Assembly: GCA_034370405.1 (NCBI GenBank)
Contig: JAXMKY010000080.1
Span: forward strand, 1-52,567
Origin: Bacteroidales bacterium
GTDB taxonomy: Bacteria; Bacteroidota; Bacteroidia; Bacteroidales; JAAYJT01
Length of the DNA: 52,567 bases
Reading direction: 5' to 3'
Shown here: positions 1 through 9,784 of the stretch, in pieces
Layout: each line of letters begins with the position of its first letter
Position numbering within the stretch: the first letter of the stretch is position 1
The notes under the pieces: model-generated
The model's database searches: none
Seen by the model: the letters and a program-made list of their open reading frames with translations, nothing else
Told to the model about the DNA's origin: nothing
Translations under genes and position numbers: made by a program

Positions 1-2
1 TG

Positions 3-890
3 TTTCCGTCGGCGAGCAGTTCGATTTCAAAATCCCTTCTAACTGATCGAAGTTTACAACGCAACGATCTGTTAGATTTTGGCCAGGATGCACAAACTGA
101 ACAAATGCTGCAAATATTGAATTCAAGTCGCATACGCGAAAAAGTAGTTGAACGATTCAATCTCTATGAGCACTATGGGATTGAACCCAACCACCGTTAC
201 AAACAAACCCTGTTACTTAGGGAATATCACTTCAATATCAGGTTCAGGCAAACTGAGTATATGGCTGTTAAGATTTCTGTTCTCGATGAAGATCCACAGA
301 TGGCAGCCGATATTGCAAACTATATTGGAGAATTGGTTGACTCGGTTCGAAATAAGATTCAAAGAGAAGTAGCCATTCCTGGATTTCACATCGTCGAACA
401 ACAATATAACCGGTTGAAAGATCACATCAAGGAGAAAGAGGATTCCTTGCGTCTGTTACGTGAACTGGGTGTGTATGAGTATGAATCGCAATCGGAAATG
501 CTCAACCAGCAAATGGCCATAGAAATTTCGCGTGGAAACCGGCCTGCCATTAGAGCACTGGAGGAACAACTTGACGTATTAGCCAAATATGGTGGTGCAT
601 ATATGTCACTCAGAGACGAACTTGTGCACGATAAAAAACAGTTGAGCCTGATAAAAACACGATACGAGGAAACCAAGGTAGATGCTGAGCAATTTTTACC
701 TTTCAAATTTGTGGTAGAACCCGCAATCAAAGCCGAAAAAAAATCTTATCCTGTGCGATGGCTTATTATATTGGTTTCTACAATAGGTGCGTTTATTATT
801 GGGGTCATCTCGATTCTCCTATTCGAAAATTTCAGAGAGATAGCCCATTTGATGGCCGAACAGAAAAAAAAAGTCCTCGAAAATTATTAG
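3..890 (+). CDS. Wzz/chain-length-determinant-like membrane protein (5' truncated by the window edge)
   Basis: The frame is open from position 3 (FPSASSSISKSLL...EQMLQILNS). It has a long coiled-coil region and a C-terminal 'KKSYPVRWLII' followed by a TM helix, typical of polysaccharide co-polymerases. Confidence 0.75.
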   Translation, partial: FPSASSSISKSLLTDRSLQRNDLLDFGQDAQTEQMLQILNSSRIREKVVERFNLYEHYGIEPNHRYKQTLLLREYHFNIRFRQTEYMAVKISVLDEDPQMAADIANYIGELVDSVRNKIQREVAIPGFHIVEQQYNRLKDHIKEKEDSLRLLRELGVYEYESQSEMLNQQMAIEISRGNRPAIRALEEQLDVLAKYGGAYMSLRDELVHDKKQLSLIKTRYEETKVDAEQFLPFKFVVEPAIKAEKKSYPVRWLIILVSTIGAFIIGVISILLFENFREIAHLMAEQKKKVLENY

Positions 891-955
891 ATATGCCAAA
901 GCTTCAATCTCTCAAGCATAAGTCAGCAGATATCAAACCAAAGAAAACATATAAT

Positions 956-1936
956 ATGGACAATTATTTCAGCAATATGAACCTGGTAAAGATTTTCCTA
1001 AAGTGGAAATGGCACTTACTCATCCTCATGGCAATTGCAGCGGTGATAGCGGTTATTATCTCCAGCCCTTGGGTAATCAAGCCCAAATTCCGTTCCACGG
1101 CAGTACTATATCCGGCAAATATTTCGCCCTACTCTGACGAGAGCGAAACAGAACAAATGCTTCAATGGTTGAATTCCAGGGACATCATGGATAGTATGAT
1201 CATTCGATTCGATTTATCAAAACATTATGAAATTCCTCAGTCGCATCGCCACTACAACTCCATCATTGAATATCTCTACAATGAGAATGTCCGGATTAGT
1301 AAAACCCAGTTTGAATCGGTAAGAATTGAGGTGCTGGATACTGATCCTGTTCGGGCAAGAGATATGGTGTATGCCATTATTGACTTACTAACTCTCAAGA
1401 TTCGTAAAACTCACAAGGAAAAATATGCAGAGGTTGTTACAAGTTACAAACAGCTACTTGATAGCAAACATAAAGAAATTGACTCGGTGCTTCAACAACA
1501 TTATATCCTCCGAACGGTGTTCGGCTTGCTGGATTATGGAAATCAAACCCGGGAGGTAGCCCGCGGCCACCTTCGAACTGTTGACGGAAACAACGCCCAA
1601 CATGTGAATGTGCTGGAGGTTGAAAAGCTGAAAAAAAATCTTGAGGAAAAGGGCGGCGATTTTATATATTATAACACCCTGATTTATTCGCTTCTTGAAC
1701 AACTTGCAAGAATCCAGTCTGACTATGAAGCACACCTGTATCACTACAACAAGGAATTTACCTATGCCAATATCGTAAGTCATCCGGTTGTAGCCGATAA
1801 AAAAGTTTACCCTGTGCGTTGGCTCATTATGGCTTATGCGCTTGTTGCTGCTGCCTTATTTGGATTAATTTCCATAGCCCTGATAGAAAACAGCGGCAAT
1901 ATCGAAAAGAAGTTTTCAGAAGAAACAAAGAGCTAA
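956..1936 (+). CDS. Second Wzz-like polysaccharide co-polymerase paralog
   Basis: N-terminal TM (KWKWHLLILMAIAAVIAVII), 'PKFRSTAVLYP', 'EQMLQWLNS', and C-terminal 'KKVYPVRWLI' plus TM. ATG 956 is preferred over 758, which overlaps the upstream gene. Confidence 0.75.
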   Translation: MDNYFSNMNLVKIFLKWKWHLLILMAIAAVIAVIISSPWVIKPKFRSTAVLYPANISPYSDESETEQMLQWLNSRDIMDSMIIRFDLSKHYEIPQSHRHYNSIIEYLYNENVRISKTQFESVRIEVLDTDPVRARDMVYAIIDLLTLKIRKTHKEKYAEVVTSYKQLLDSKHKEIDSVLQQHYILRTVFGLLDYGNQTREVARGHLRTVDGNNAQHVNVLEVEKLKKNLEEKGGDFIYYNTLIYSLLEQLARIQSDYEAHLYHYNKEFTYANIVSHPVVADKKVYPVRWLIMAYALVAAALFGLISIALIENSGNIEKKFSEETKS

Positions 1937-1964
1937 ATACCGCATTCTGCCATAAGATTATCCT

Positions 1965-3473
1965 ATGTTTGAGGATTTCAATAAAGTGATTGGTGAGATC
2001 AGGCACAACAGCCTATCGGAAAAAGCCAAACTTTACCTGGTTTATTTCACCTCAGGGCTTTTTATTGTTTTAAACAGTTTTTTGATTTATAAAGAGTTCT
2101 TCTGGGGTGCTGTTATTCCGGCATTCATCATCATTGCATTGTTTTTTATTTTTGCCCTTGATAAAGTACTGCTACTCATTGTTTTTCTCACTCCCCTCTC
2201 GATAAACCTGCTCGACAAGGAATTGAACATAGGTATATCGCTTCCTGCTGAACCACTGATGTTCGGTTTGTTAGTGATATTTGTAATTAAGGTTTTATTT
2301 GATTTCAAATACGATCGTCAGGTGTTGCATCATCCGGTTACGATTGCAATCATATTCAATCTAATCTGGATATTCTTAACTTCCGTTACCAGCCAGATAC
2401 CCCTAGTCTCTTTCAAATTTTTCTTGTCCAGGCTTTGGTTTGTGGTGCCTATGTTTTTTGTAGCCCTGATGCTGTTGAAAAATTACCGCAATATCAATAA
2501 ATTGTTCTGGTATTACGCCATTGCCTTGGCAATCGTAATTATCTATACAACGTACCGGCACTATATCAATGGTTTTGCTGAAAAAACGGGAACGTGGGTT
2601 ATGAAACCATTTTATAACGACCACACAGCCTATGGTGCGGTGATGGCTCTATTTATCCCTGTTTTCGTAGGCTTAATAATCAATCCCGTGCAAAAGGGTT
2701 GGGCCCGCATAGCTGCGTTGTTCATGGTTGCGATGATGGTGATGGCACTCATACTTTCGTTTAGTAGGGCTGCCTGGATCAGCCTTGCAGTTGGAACTTT
2801 TGTATTCGCTATTGCTTTGTTTAAAATCAGATTACGCTGGGTGGCACTAACAGGCATCCTGTTATTTGGCATACTTTATACCTTTAAATTCGAGATATTC
2901 GACTACCTGGCAAAAAACAAGCAGGACAGCTCAGCCAATTTTGTTGAACATGTACAATCCATTGCCAATATATCGTCGGATGCAAGCAACCTTGAGCGCA
3001 TAAATCGATGGCAATCTGCAATCAGGATGTTTAACGAAAAACCCATTCTCGGCTGGGGCCCGGGCACATACCAATTTGCTTATGCACCATTCCAACAATC
3101 GAAAGAAAGAACAATCATCAGCACAAACTTTGGGGATGTGGGCAACGCTCACAGCGAATATATAGGGCCAATGGCTGAATCCGGCATATTGGGTATGATA
3201 ACATTCGTATTAATTATGCTTACAACGCTTTATACTGGTTTTAAGGTATATCGCCAATCACAGTTGCGCGAAGTTCGCCTCCTCAGCCTTTCAGTTACTA
3301 TTGGCTTAATTACCTATTTTGCACATGGAGTCTTAAATAATTTTCTTGACACCGATAAACTTTCCATTCCATTTTGGGGATTTATCGCTGTGTTGGTTGC
3401 GCTCGACCTCTACCATAAAGATCATCTTAAACAAGCGAAAGACACTGGCCTTAAGCCTTCTGCCAACTTCTGA
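1965..3473 (+). CDS. O-antigen ligase (WaaL/Wzy_C) family protein
   Basis: About 12 TM segments, with 'SFSRAAW', 'ERINRW...P.LGWGPG' and 'NAHSEY' motifs. Confidence 0.85.
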   Translation: MFEDFNKVIGEIRHNSLSEKAKLYLVYFTSGLFIVLNSFLIYKEFFWGAVIPAFIIIALFFIFALDKVLLLIVFLTPLSINLLDKELNIGISLPAEPLMFGLLVIFVIKVLFDFKYDRQVLHHPVTIAIIFNLIWIFLTSVTSQIPLVSFKFFLSRLWFVVPMFFVALMLLKNYRNINKLFWYYAIALAIVIIYTTYRHYINGFAEKTGTWVMKPFYNDHTAYGAVMALFIPVFVGLIINPVQKGWARIAALFMVAMMVMALILSFSRAAWISLAVGTFVFAIALFKIRLRWVALTGILLFGILYTFKFEIFDYLAKNKQDSSANFVEHVQSIANISSDASNLERINRWQSAIRMFNEKPILGWGPGTYQFAYAPFQQSKERTIISTNFGDVGNAHSEYIGPMAESGILGMITFVLIMLTTLYTGFKVYRQSQLREVRLLSLSVTIGLITYFAHGVLNNFLDTDKLSIPFWGFIAVLVALDLYHKDHLKQAKDTGLKPSANF

Positions 3474-3520
3474 AAATTCAAGATGAAAGCGCTCGAAAAT
3501 TGTTAATAAGTTCTTGCAGG

Positions 3521-4447
3521 TTAGAGTTTTGCCAAAAGGTCGGGCAACTGTTTTAATGCAGCCAATTCGCGCCATTTCTTTCGTGCTTCGATAGCAGGAA
3601 TACCAAAATAAATTTTACCACCCTCGAGCGATTTATCCACTCCCGATGTGGCAAGAATTACTGCACTCTTACCTATTGTTACCCCTTTTTGCACCACAAC
3701 CTGTCCCCAAAGGATTACATCATCCTCGATGGTAACCATTCCGGCAAGCAGCACTGCAGAGGCAAAGAGGCAATTTTTCCCAACAACGGTATCGTGCCCT
3801 ACATGCACATGATTATCGAATTTAGTGCCTGCGCCTATTTTTGTGACCCCAGAAACCCCTCGGTCAATTGTACAACAAGCACCCATTTCCACATTTTCCT
3901 CAATAATTACTTTGCCGCACGATTCCAGTTTGCGGTACCCCGCGGGCCGGCGCTGAAAATAAAAAGCATCGGCACCTATGACCGTGCCTGAATGAATGAT
4001 AACGTTGTCGCCAATCTCAGTGCGGTCATAAATACTAACATTGGCATGTATCAGGCAATTATTGCCTATCAGCACATGATTCCCAATAAAAGCCCCGGGC
4101 TGGAGGATGGTTCCCGGGCCAATAATGGCTGATGTACTAATCATGCGATCGGCAGGCTGGAACTGGATGAAATGTTTCACCAGGTTGGTATAATCGCCAA
4201 ACGGATCGTCTGAAAAAATGAGTACCTTGCCTATGGGTTTTTCAACCTTTTTATTAATCAGGATGGTTGTAGCAGCCGAACTCAGGGCTTTTTTGTAGTA
4301 CTTGGGATGATCAACAAAGGTGAGGTCGCCAGGTTGAACAACATGAATCTCGTTTAATCCACTGACAAGAAAATCTGGATCACCCTCAAATTCTGCCTGG
4401 ATAATTCCGGCGATCTTGCTTAGCGTGCTTGTAGGGTTCAGTTGCAT
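3521..4447 (-). CDS. lpxD: UDP-3-O-acylglucosamine N-acyltransferase (LpxD family)
   Basis: LpxD N-terminal domain (GDLTFVD..KY), hexapeptide repeats and 'IDRG...TKIG.GTKFDN.VHVGHD'. It may be the second lpxD paralog seen in Bacteroidota. Confidence 0.85.
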   Translation of the reverse strand: MQLNPTSTLSKIAGIIQAEFEGDPDFLVSGLNEIHVVQPGDLTFVDHPKYYKKALSSAATTILINKKVEKPIGKVLIFSDDPFGDYTNLVKHFIQFQPADRMISTSAIIGPGTILQPGAFIGNHVLIGNNCLIHANVSIYDRTEIGDNVIIHSGTVIGADAFYFQRRPAGYRKLESCGKVIIEENVEMGACCTIDRGVSGVTKIGAGTKFDNHVHVGHDTVVGKNCLFASAVLLAGMVTIEDDVILWGQVVVQKGVTIGKSAVILATSGVDKSLEGGKIYFGIPAIEARKKWRELAALKQLPDLLAKL

Positions 4448-4461
4448 TTAAGTACAGGCAA

Positions 4462-5028
4462 TCAACTTTTTACACGTTCTGAATAGCCACCTGTCCGAGT
4501 ATCAACCTTGATTTTTTCTCCTTCGACGATAAAGAGAGGTACATTAATAGTGGCACCTGTTTCAAGGGTAGCCGGCCGAAGCGTATTGGTGGCGGTATCG
4601 CCTTTGACACCTGGCTCGGCATAGACCACCACTAATTCAACAAAGGGGGGTAACTCGGCTATCAAAGGTGTTTCAGTATCGGCGTGGATGGTAATGCCGA
4701 CTTCCTGACCTTCTTTAAGTAGTGCAGGTGCATTGATAATATCTTCGGAAATGTAGATTTGATCAAAGGTTTCGGTATTCATAAAATGATAACCGCTATC
4801 GTCTTTGTATAGGTATTGGTATTGACGACGCTCAACCCTGGCAACATCAATTTTCACTCCCGCATTAAAAGTATTCGGGATCACCCTTCCTGTTTTGAGG
4901 TTTTTGAGCTTCGTGCGAACGAATGCCCCTCCCTTGCCTGGCTTAACATGTTGAAAATCAACAATCATAAAGAGTTCACCATTCATCTCAATACAAAGCC
5001 CGTTTCGAAAATCTGCGGTAGTAGCCAT
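4462..5028 (-). CDS. efp: Elongation factor P
   Basis: [10 protein letters not shown] start, '[17 protein letters not shown]', 'PGVKGDT', 'KVDTRTG.Y..R'; 188 aa from ATG 5028. Confidence 0.97.
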   Translation of the reverse strand: MATTADFRNGLCIEMNGELFMIVDFQHVKPGKGGAFVRTKLKNLKTGRVIPNTFNAGVKIDVARVERRQYQYLYKDDSGYHFMNTETFDQIYISEDIINAPALLKEGQEVGITIHADTETPLIAELPPFVELVVVYAEPGVKGDTATNTLRPATLETGATINVPLFIVEGEKIKVDTRTGGYSERVKS

Positions 5029-5055
5029 TGGATATAAATTATTAACAAAGTCGTG

Positions 5056-5063
5056 CAAATTTA
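5056..5063 (-). promoter_or_regulatory. Bacteroidota -7 promoter element (TAAATTTG) for efp
   Basis: Matches TAnnTTTG on the minus strand, 27 nt upstream of the ATG at 5028. Confidence 0.55.
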
Positions 5064-5130
5064 CAACAAAATCAGAGATTGGCAAGTGTAGGCCAGCCAG
5101 CCAACTGTATGAACTCTAATCAGAAGCCAG

Positions 5131-7194
5131 TCAACTATAGCTGATCCTGACATGATAAATATTCATTAGCTTCTTTTTCAGTATCTTTTTAATCCGGTAG
5201 ATATCCCGCATGGTTATGTCTGCATTGTCATACTGACCTTCGGCAAGTTGTTTGTTGATAATGGTTTCAACCAGGTTATTGATTTTCTCGGGATCGGGCA
5301 TTTTCAGACTTCGGGATGCAGCCTCAACAGAGTCGGCCATCATGACAACAGCGGTCTCTTTCGAAAATGGAGCAGGCCCGTGATAAGTGAATGTCTCTTC
5401 GTTGGTTTCTTCGTCAGGAAAATCTTCGAGATGCTTAGTGAAAAAATATTCAGCCTTCTTGGTCCCATGGTGTGTTCGGATAAAATCAATAATGGCTTCG
5501 GGTAGTTTATGCTTGCGTGCTATATCAATGCCTTTCGGCACATGGCTGATGATAATGCGTGCACTTTCTTCATAGGGCAGATCGTCGTGCGGATTGACAC
5601 CGGTAGTTTGATTTTCGATGAAATACACAGGCATGTCAGCCTTGCCAATGTCGTGATACAAGGCACCTGCTCTGACTAACAATGGATTTCCGCCAATTTC
5701 TCTGACTACTTCTTCCGCAATGTTTGCCAGCTGGATGGAGTGCTGAAATGTTCCAGGTGCACGTTCGCCTAACTTTCGCAGCAATTTGTTATTTGTATCC
5801 GACAACTCAAGCAAGGTGATATCAGTAACAAACCCGAATGCTTTTTCAAAAATAAAAATCAACGGATAGGCCAGCAAAGTAAGTAGAGCACTGCCACCAA
5901 ACAGCAGGTAGTTGGTAGTTCCGATTGTTGAAAAATTACCTTCCTGCATCAGGTTCATGCCAGTATAAATTGCTGAATAGGTAATGAAAATCAGGAAGGC
6001 ACTTAATACAAACAGGCCACGTCTATCTACCTTTACCACACTGATAATTGCAATGATTCCAGCAATAAGCTGCAGAAAAACAAATTCAAAACTGTTGGGA
6101 ACCAAAAAGCCAGTGATAATAATTACGACCAGGTGAACAAAGAGAGCGAGGCGAGTGTCATAAAATACCCTGATCAGCACAGGCACCAGGCAAACTGGCA
6201 GCAGATAAAAATAATGGAGATGATTGCGGACAACAAAACTTATGGTAAACACCATAAGCAGGATTACCAACAGGATGAACACTATGTTTTTGTTTTGCAT
6301 AAACAAATCTGGCCTGAAGAAAATCAGGAAGAGCAGAAGCACAGCCAACGAGATCGTCACGAGAATGCTCTGGCCTGCAATGATTCCGAGATAACTTATG
6401 GTGGAGCCCACCTGTGTTTCATATTCCTTTCGAAAAGATTCGAGAATAAGCAATTTCTCTGCCGTTACAAGTTCGCCTTCTGAGATGATTCGCTCCCCTT
6501 TTTGTATCATGCCACGAGCTTGCGAAATGCGTGCGAGGGCATTCTGCTTTTCATGTTCGGTAGTTGCTTGATCATAAAAAACGTTTTGAATAAGATGATT
6601 TGAGATAATCACAGCAAGAATTTCGTTATTGACTGCATTGTTTAGCGATTTCAACTGTCCTCGAACCCACAGATCGGCAGTTTGAATTGTGAACAACTTG
6701 TTCATTTCCACTTCGTTGGCCGTATTTTCCTTAATTACCATGAGCTGGAAATCAGATGGCCGGCCTTCCAACATAGGATTCATTTCTATAATACCTCTTT
6801 CATGCACTTTATCGAAAACCTCCAACGCCTGCTTTTTGCTGGTCTCATAACCTGCTGGCAATCTGCCTGAAGGAGTCTGCAATTTCGATTGCAGGTGTTG
6901 GATCACTTGACTGCGTTGTGGCGAGAGTTGCTGATTATTGAAACGAAAATAGGGTTTAATCTGCCGTATAACCAACTCGCGTTCCTGGCTTATCTCATTA
7001 GCTGGCTTTAAAATAGGGAAATCGAAGGATGCAATCAGATCTTCATGCATCCAGGGTTTACCCCGTTGAAATTCGTATTTAAACTTTCCCTCTCGCGGAA
7101 ATATGAACATAATAAGTACGACCGAAAGCAAAAATAGAGATATACGAAAAAGGTATATTGCGTGTTTGCGTAAGAAATTGATTTGTTGATTCAT
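5131..7194 (-). CDS. 7TM-HD (HDIG) phosphohydrolase, PgpH-like
   Basis: Extracellular domain plus 7 TM, then 'APGTFQHS', 'YHDIGK', 'THHGT' and 'MMADSVEAASRS'. Likely start is ATG 7194. Confidence 0.9.
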   Translation of the reverse strand: MNQQINFLRKHAIYLFRISLFLLSVVLIMFIFPREGKFKYEFQRGKPWMHEDLIASFDFPILKPANEISQERELVIRQIKPYFRFNNQQLSPQRSQVIQHLQSKLQTPSGRLPAGYETSKKQALEVFDKVHERGIIEMNPMLEGRPSDFQLMVIKENTANEVEMNKLFTIQTADLWVRGQLKSLNNAVNNEILAVIISNHLIQNVFYDQATTEHEKQNALARISQARGMIQKGERIISEGELVTAEKLLILESFRKEYETQVGSTISYLGIIAGQSILVTISLAVLLLFLIFFRPDLFMQNKNIVFILLVILLMVFTISFVVRNHLHYFYLLPVCLVPVLIRVFYDTRLALFVHLVVIIITGFLVPNSFEFVFLQLIAGIIAIISVVKVDRRGLFVLSAFLIFITYSAIYTGMNLMQEGNFSTIGTTNYLLFGGSALLTLLAYPLIFIFEKAFGFVTDITLLELSDTNNKLLRKLGERAPGTFQHSIQLANIAEEVVREIGGNPLLVRAGALYHDIGKADMPVYFIENQTTGVNPHDDLPYEESARIIISHVPKGIDIARKHKLPEAIIDFIRTHHGTKKAEYFFTKHLEDFPDEETNEETFTYHGPAPFSKETAVVMMADSVEAASRSLKMPDPEKINNLVETIINKQLAEGQYDNADITMRDIYRIKKILKKKLMNIYHVRISYS

Positions 7195-7234
7195 CAATAA
7201 TAAGTTTTGCACGAAAATATAAAAAACTATGGAT

Positions 7235-7375
7235 CTATACCTGAATCCGTGAACAGATTTTTGTACGGTACGTCATTGCGAAGAAACGAAGCGACTGAAG
7301 CAATCTCTTTCATCAACAGAGATTCCTTCACTGCGTTCGGAATGACGGATTCGCTTCACGGATTCACGTCTATAG
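7235..7375. mobile_element. MITE-like element with an internal REP-like palindrome
   Basis: Perfect 12-bp inverted repeat TGAATCCGTGAA (7242-7253)/TTCACGGATTCA (7355-7366). It encloses nested IRs CGTCATT/AATGACG and TGAAGCAATCTCT/AGAGATTCCTTCA. Confidence 0.6.
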
Positions 7376-7463
7376 TTAAAAGAGAATCAGTTGTTGGCAT
7401 TTCAAGCGATATCAATAACTGCCGAATGCAATTTTACATACTAACACTTTTCAAGTGTTTATG

Positions 7464-7471
7464 TATTTTTG
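7464..7471 (+). promoter_or_regulatory. Candidate -7 element (TATTTTTG) for the antiporter operon
   Basis: TAnnTTTG match in the intergenic region. Confidence 0.4.
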
Positions 7472-7560
7472 CAAAAAACAGAAACAGGCGAACCAGGGGA
7501 ATCCTATGAACCTACTTAAGCTATTATACTACAATCGGGAACAACAAACGGTTTAAAGTT

Positions 7561-7623
7561 GCAGCGGCAGTAGCAGCGGCAGTCCTCCTCCCGCACTTGC
7601 GAGACCACTGCTACTGCCACTGC
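7561..7623. repeat. Low-complexity GC-rich hairpin
   Basis: GCAGCGGCAGTAGCAGCGG (7561-7579) is the reverse complement, at 17/19, of CCACTGCTACTGCCACTGC (7605-7623). Confidence 0.7.
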
Positions 7624-7646
7624 TTACTTGTTATCATACGCAATTT

Positions 7647-9779
7647 ATGACCATTCAAAGTATAACATTACCTCTCCAGAATCCAGTACTGATATTTGCG
7701 CTGGTATTGCTCATCATCCTGCTCTCCCCTATTGTGTTGCGGAAGTTGCGGATACCGGGCATTATAGGATTGATTCTCGCCGGTGTCATCATCGGGCCCA
7801 ATGGACTTAACATCCTGTTGCGCGACAGCAGCATTGTGCTGTTCAGTACCGTTGGTTTGCTTTATATAATGTTGCTTTCCGGATTGGAAATTGATATGGT
7901 GCAATTCAGACGTAGCCGTCATCGAAGTATTTTCTTTGGCATGGCTACTTTTCTACTACCGCAGGTATTAGGAACCATGATCGGCTATTATTACCTGCAT
8001 TTCAACCTTTCAACTTCCACACTTCTGGCCAGCATGTTTGCCTCGCACACACTCATTACATATCCTATAGCAAACAAGCTCGGACTCGTTCAAACAGAGG
8101 CTGTTACGATAGCGATAGGCGGAACAATAATCACAAACACACTCTCGTTGCTGATCTTATCTATCATTGTTCAGCTCAAGCACAATGCATTGGATATCTC
8201 CTTTATCATGCAAATCATTTTACTTGCAGGGTTCTTTGGCATTTTGATTTTTTGGGGCGTACCGCGTCTTACCCGATGGTTTTTCAACAATTTCGCCGGA
8301 GAAGGTTATGCACATTTCCTATTTGTATTAGTGATTGCTTTTTTATCTGCCTCTATTGCACAATTAGCAAAGCTGGAACCGATCATTGGGGTTTTTCTTG
8401 CAGGCATTGCACTAAACCGGTTGATTCCCACAAATTCCTCACTCATGAATCGGATTGAATTTGTTGGAAACACTCTTTTTATTCCCTTCTTCCTCATCGG
8501 TGTGGGTATGCTTGTTGATCTAAAGGTACTGTTTCAAGACTCCGAAGCCATTAAGGTGGCTGTTGCTATGACGGTAGTGGCTACTGCCACAAAATGGCTG
8601 GCTGCTTTTCTCACACAGTTGGTGTATGGATATTCATCAACTCAGCGAAGGATTATTTTTGGGCTTACCAACGGGCAGGCTGCGGCCACGCTGGCAGCTG
8701 TTACGATTGGCTACAACCTGAGACTGCTAAACGAAAATGTTTTGAATGGCTCATTACTCATGATCCTGGTCACTTGCTTAATCGCTTCTTTTGCCACCGA
8801 ATCAGCGGCAAGGAAACTTGCCCTCGAATTAGATTCCAATCCCGAGCAGCTGACCGAAAAACCCGAGCGAATTCTGGTTCCTGTATCAAACCCCGAAACA
8901 GTTGAAAAACTTATCGAATTAGCCATCCTGGTGAAAGATCCTATGTCGGCAGAGCCCATCTATCCCCTTACTGTGATACAAGATACCAACAGTACCGACC
9001 AACAAATCGCCTATTGTCGCAAATTGATGCAACACACCATAAAACAAGCCGCCGCAGCTGATACCGTATTGCAGCTTGTTACACGCATTGACCTTAACAT
9101 AGCCAGTGGCATCATCAGGGCTCTTAACGAGTTGCAAATAACCACACTCATCATTGGATGGAATGCTAAGATGACAACCCAGGAGAAGATATTTGGAAGT
9201 GTGCTTGATACCATTTTACATAACAGCAACCAAACAATCATGGTATGCAAGCTCTTGCAACAGCTAAACACCTATAGCCGTATACGCCTGTTTGTCCCTC
9301 CGCTTTCGCATCACGAAAAAGGATTTATTCAATGGCTGAAACTGATGAGCCTGTTGAGTAAACAAACCGGCACACGCCTTGAGATCATATCCTCCAAAGA
9401 ATCTATCAGGCATATTGTAAGAGGCATTACCCTGATTAAACCACAAATTGCTGCCACTTTTATTGAAGACAACGATATGCCGGATATCAAAACATTGGCA
9501 GGTCGAGCAGGATCCGGAGACTTATTTGTATTTGTTTCTTCACGTCGCACGGCCATCAGTTATCAAGATTATCTCGACGATATACCATACCTGGCATCAA
9601 AATATTTCGAAAATCACAGCTTCATTGTGATCTACCCCGAACAGGGCGATAGTTCAACCTATGAAAGTACATTGCAACTCGATGAAGACTCCCTGTTTCC
9701 GTATCATAAAAGTCTCAGCATTATAGAAAAGTTGCAAAACCTAGTATCGAACATGTCCAAAAGAAATATTAAACAATAA
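7647..9779 (+). CDS. Cation:proton antiporter (CPA2) with a C-terminal USP-like domain
   Basis: Multi-TM N-terminal half ('GVIIGPNGL', 'GLEID', 'FIPFFLIGVGM') and a C-terminal 'ERILVPVSNPET' USP-like domain. Confidence 0.9.
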   Translation: MTIQSITLPLQNPVLIFALVLLIILLSPIVLRKLRIPGIIGLILAGVIIGPNGLNILLRDSSIVLFSTVGLLYIMLLSGLEIDMVQFRRSRHRSIFFGMATFLLPQVLGTMIGYYYLHFNLSTSTLLASMFASHTLITYPIANKLGLVQTEAVTIAIGGTIITNTLSLLILSIIVQLKHNALDISFIMQIILLAGFFGILIFWGVPRLTRWFFNNFAGEGYAHFLFVLVIAFLSASIAQLAKLEPIIGVFLAGIALNRLIPTNSSLMNRIEFVGNTLFIPFFLIGVGMLVDLKVLFQDSEAIKVAVAMTVVATATKWLAAFLTQLVYGYSSTQRRIIFGLTNGQAAATLAAVTIGYNLRLLNENVLNGSLLMILVTCLIASFATESAARKLALELDSNPEQLTEKPERILVPVSNPETVEKLIELAILVKDPMSAEPIYPLTVIQDTNSTDQQIAYCRKLMQHTIKQAAAADTVLQLVTRIDLNIASGIIRALNELQITTLIIGWNAKMTTQEKIFGSVLDTILHNSNQTIMVCKLLQQLNTYSRIRLFVPPLSHHEKGFIQWLKLMSLLSKQTGTRLEIISSKESIRHIVRGITLIKPQIAATFIEDNDMPDIKTLAGRAGSGDLFVFVSSRRTAISYQDYLDDIPYLASKYFENHSFIVIYPEQGDSSTYESTLQLDEDSLFPYHKSLSIIEKLQNLVSNMSKRNIKQ

Positions 9780-9784
9780 GAAAA

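Noticed and set aside
758-955. N-terminal extension of the second Wzz-like ORF
   Set aside because: It overlaps the upstream gene. The family-like sequence begins at ATG 956 after an A-rich leader.
7207-7509. 100-aa ORF on the + strand
   Set aside because: It has a TTG start, runs through the palindromic MITE-like element and shows no protein-like motifs.
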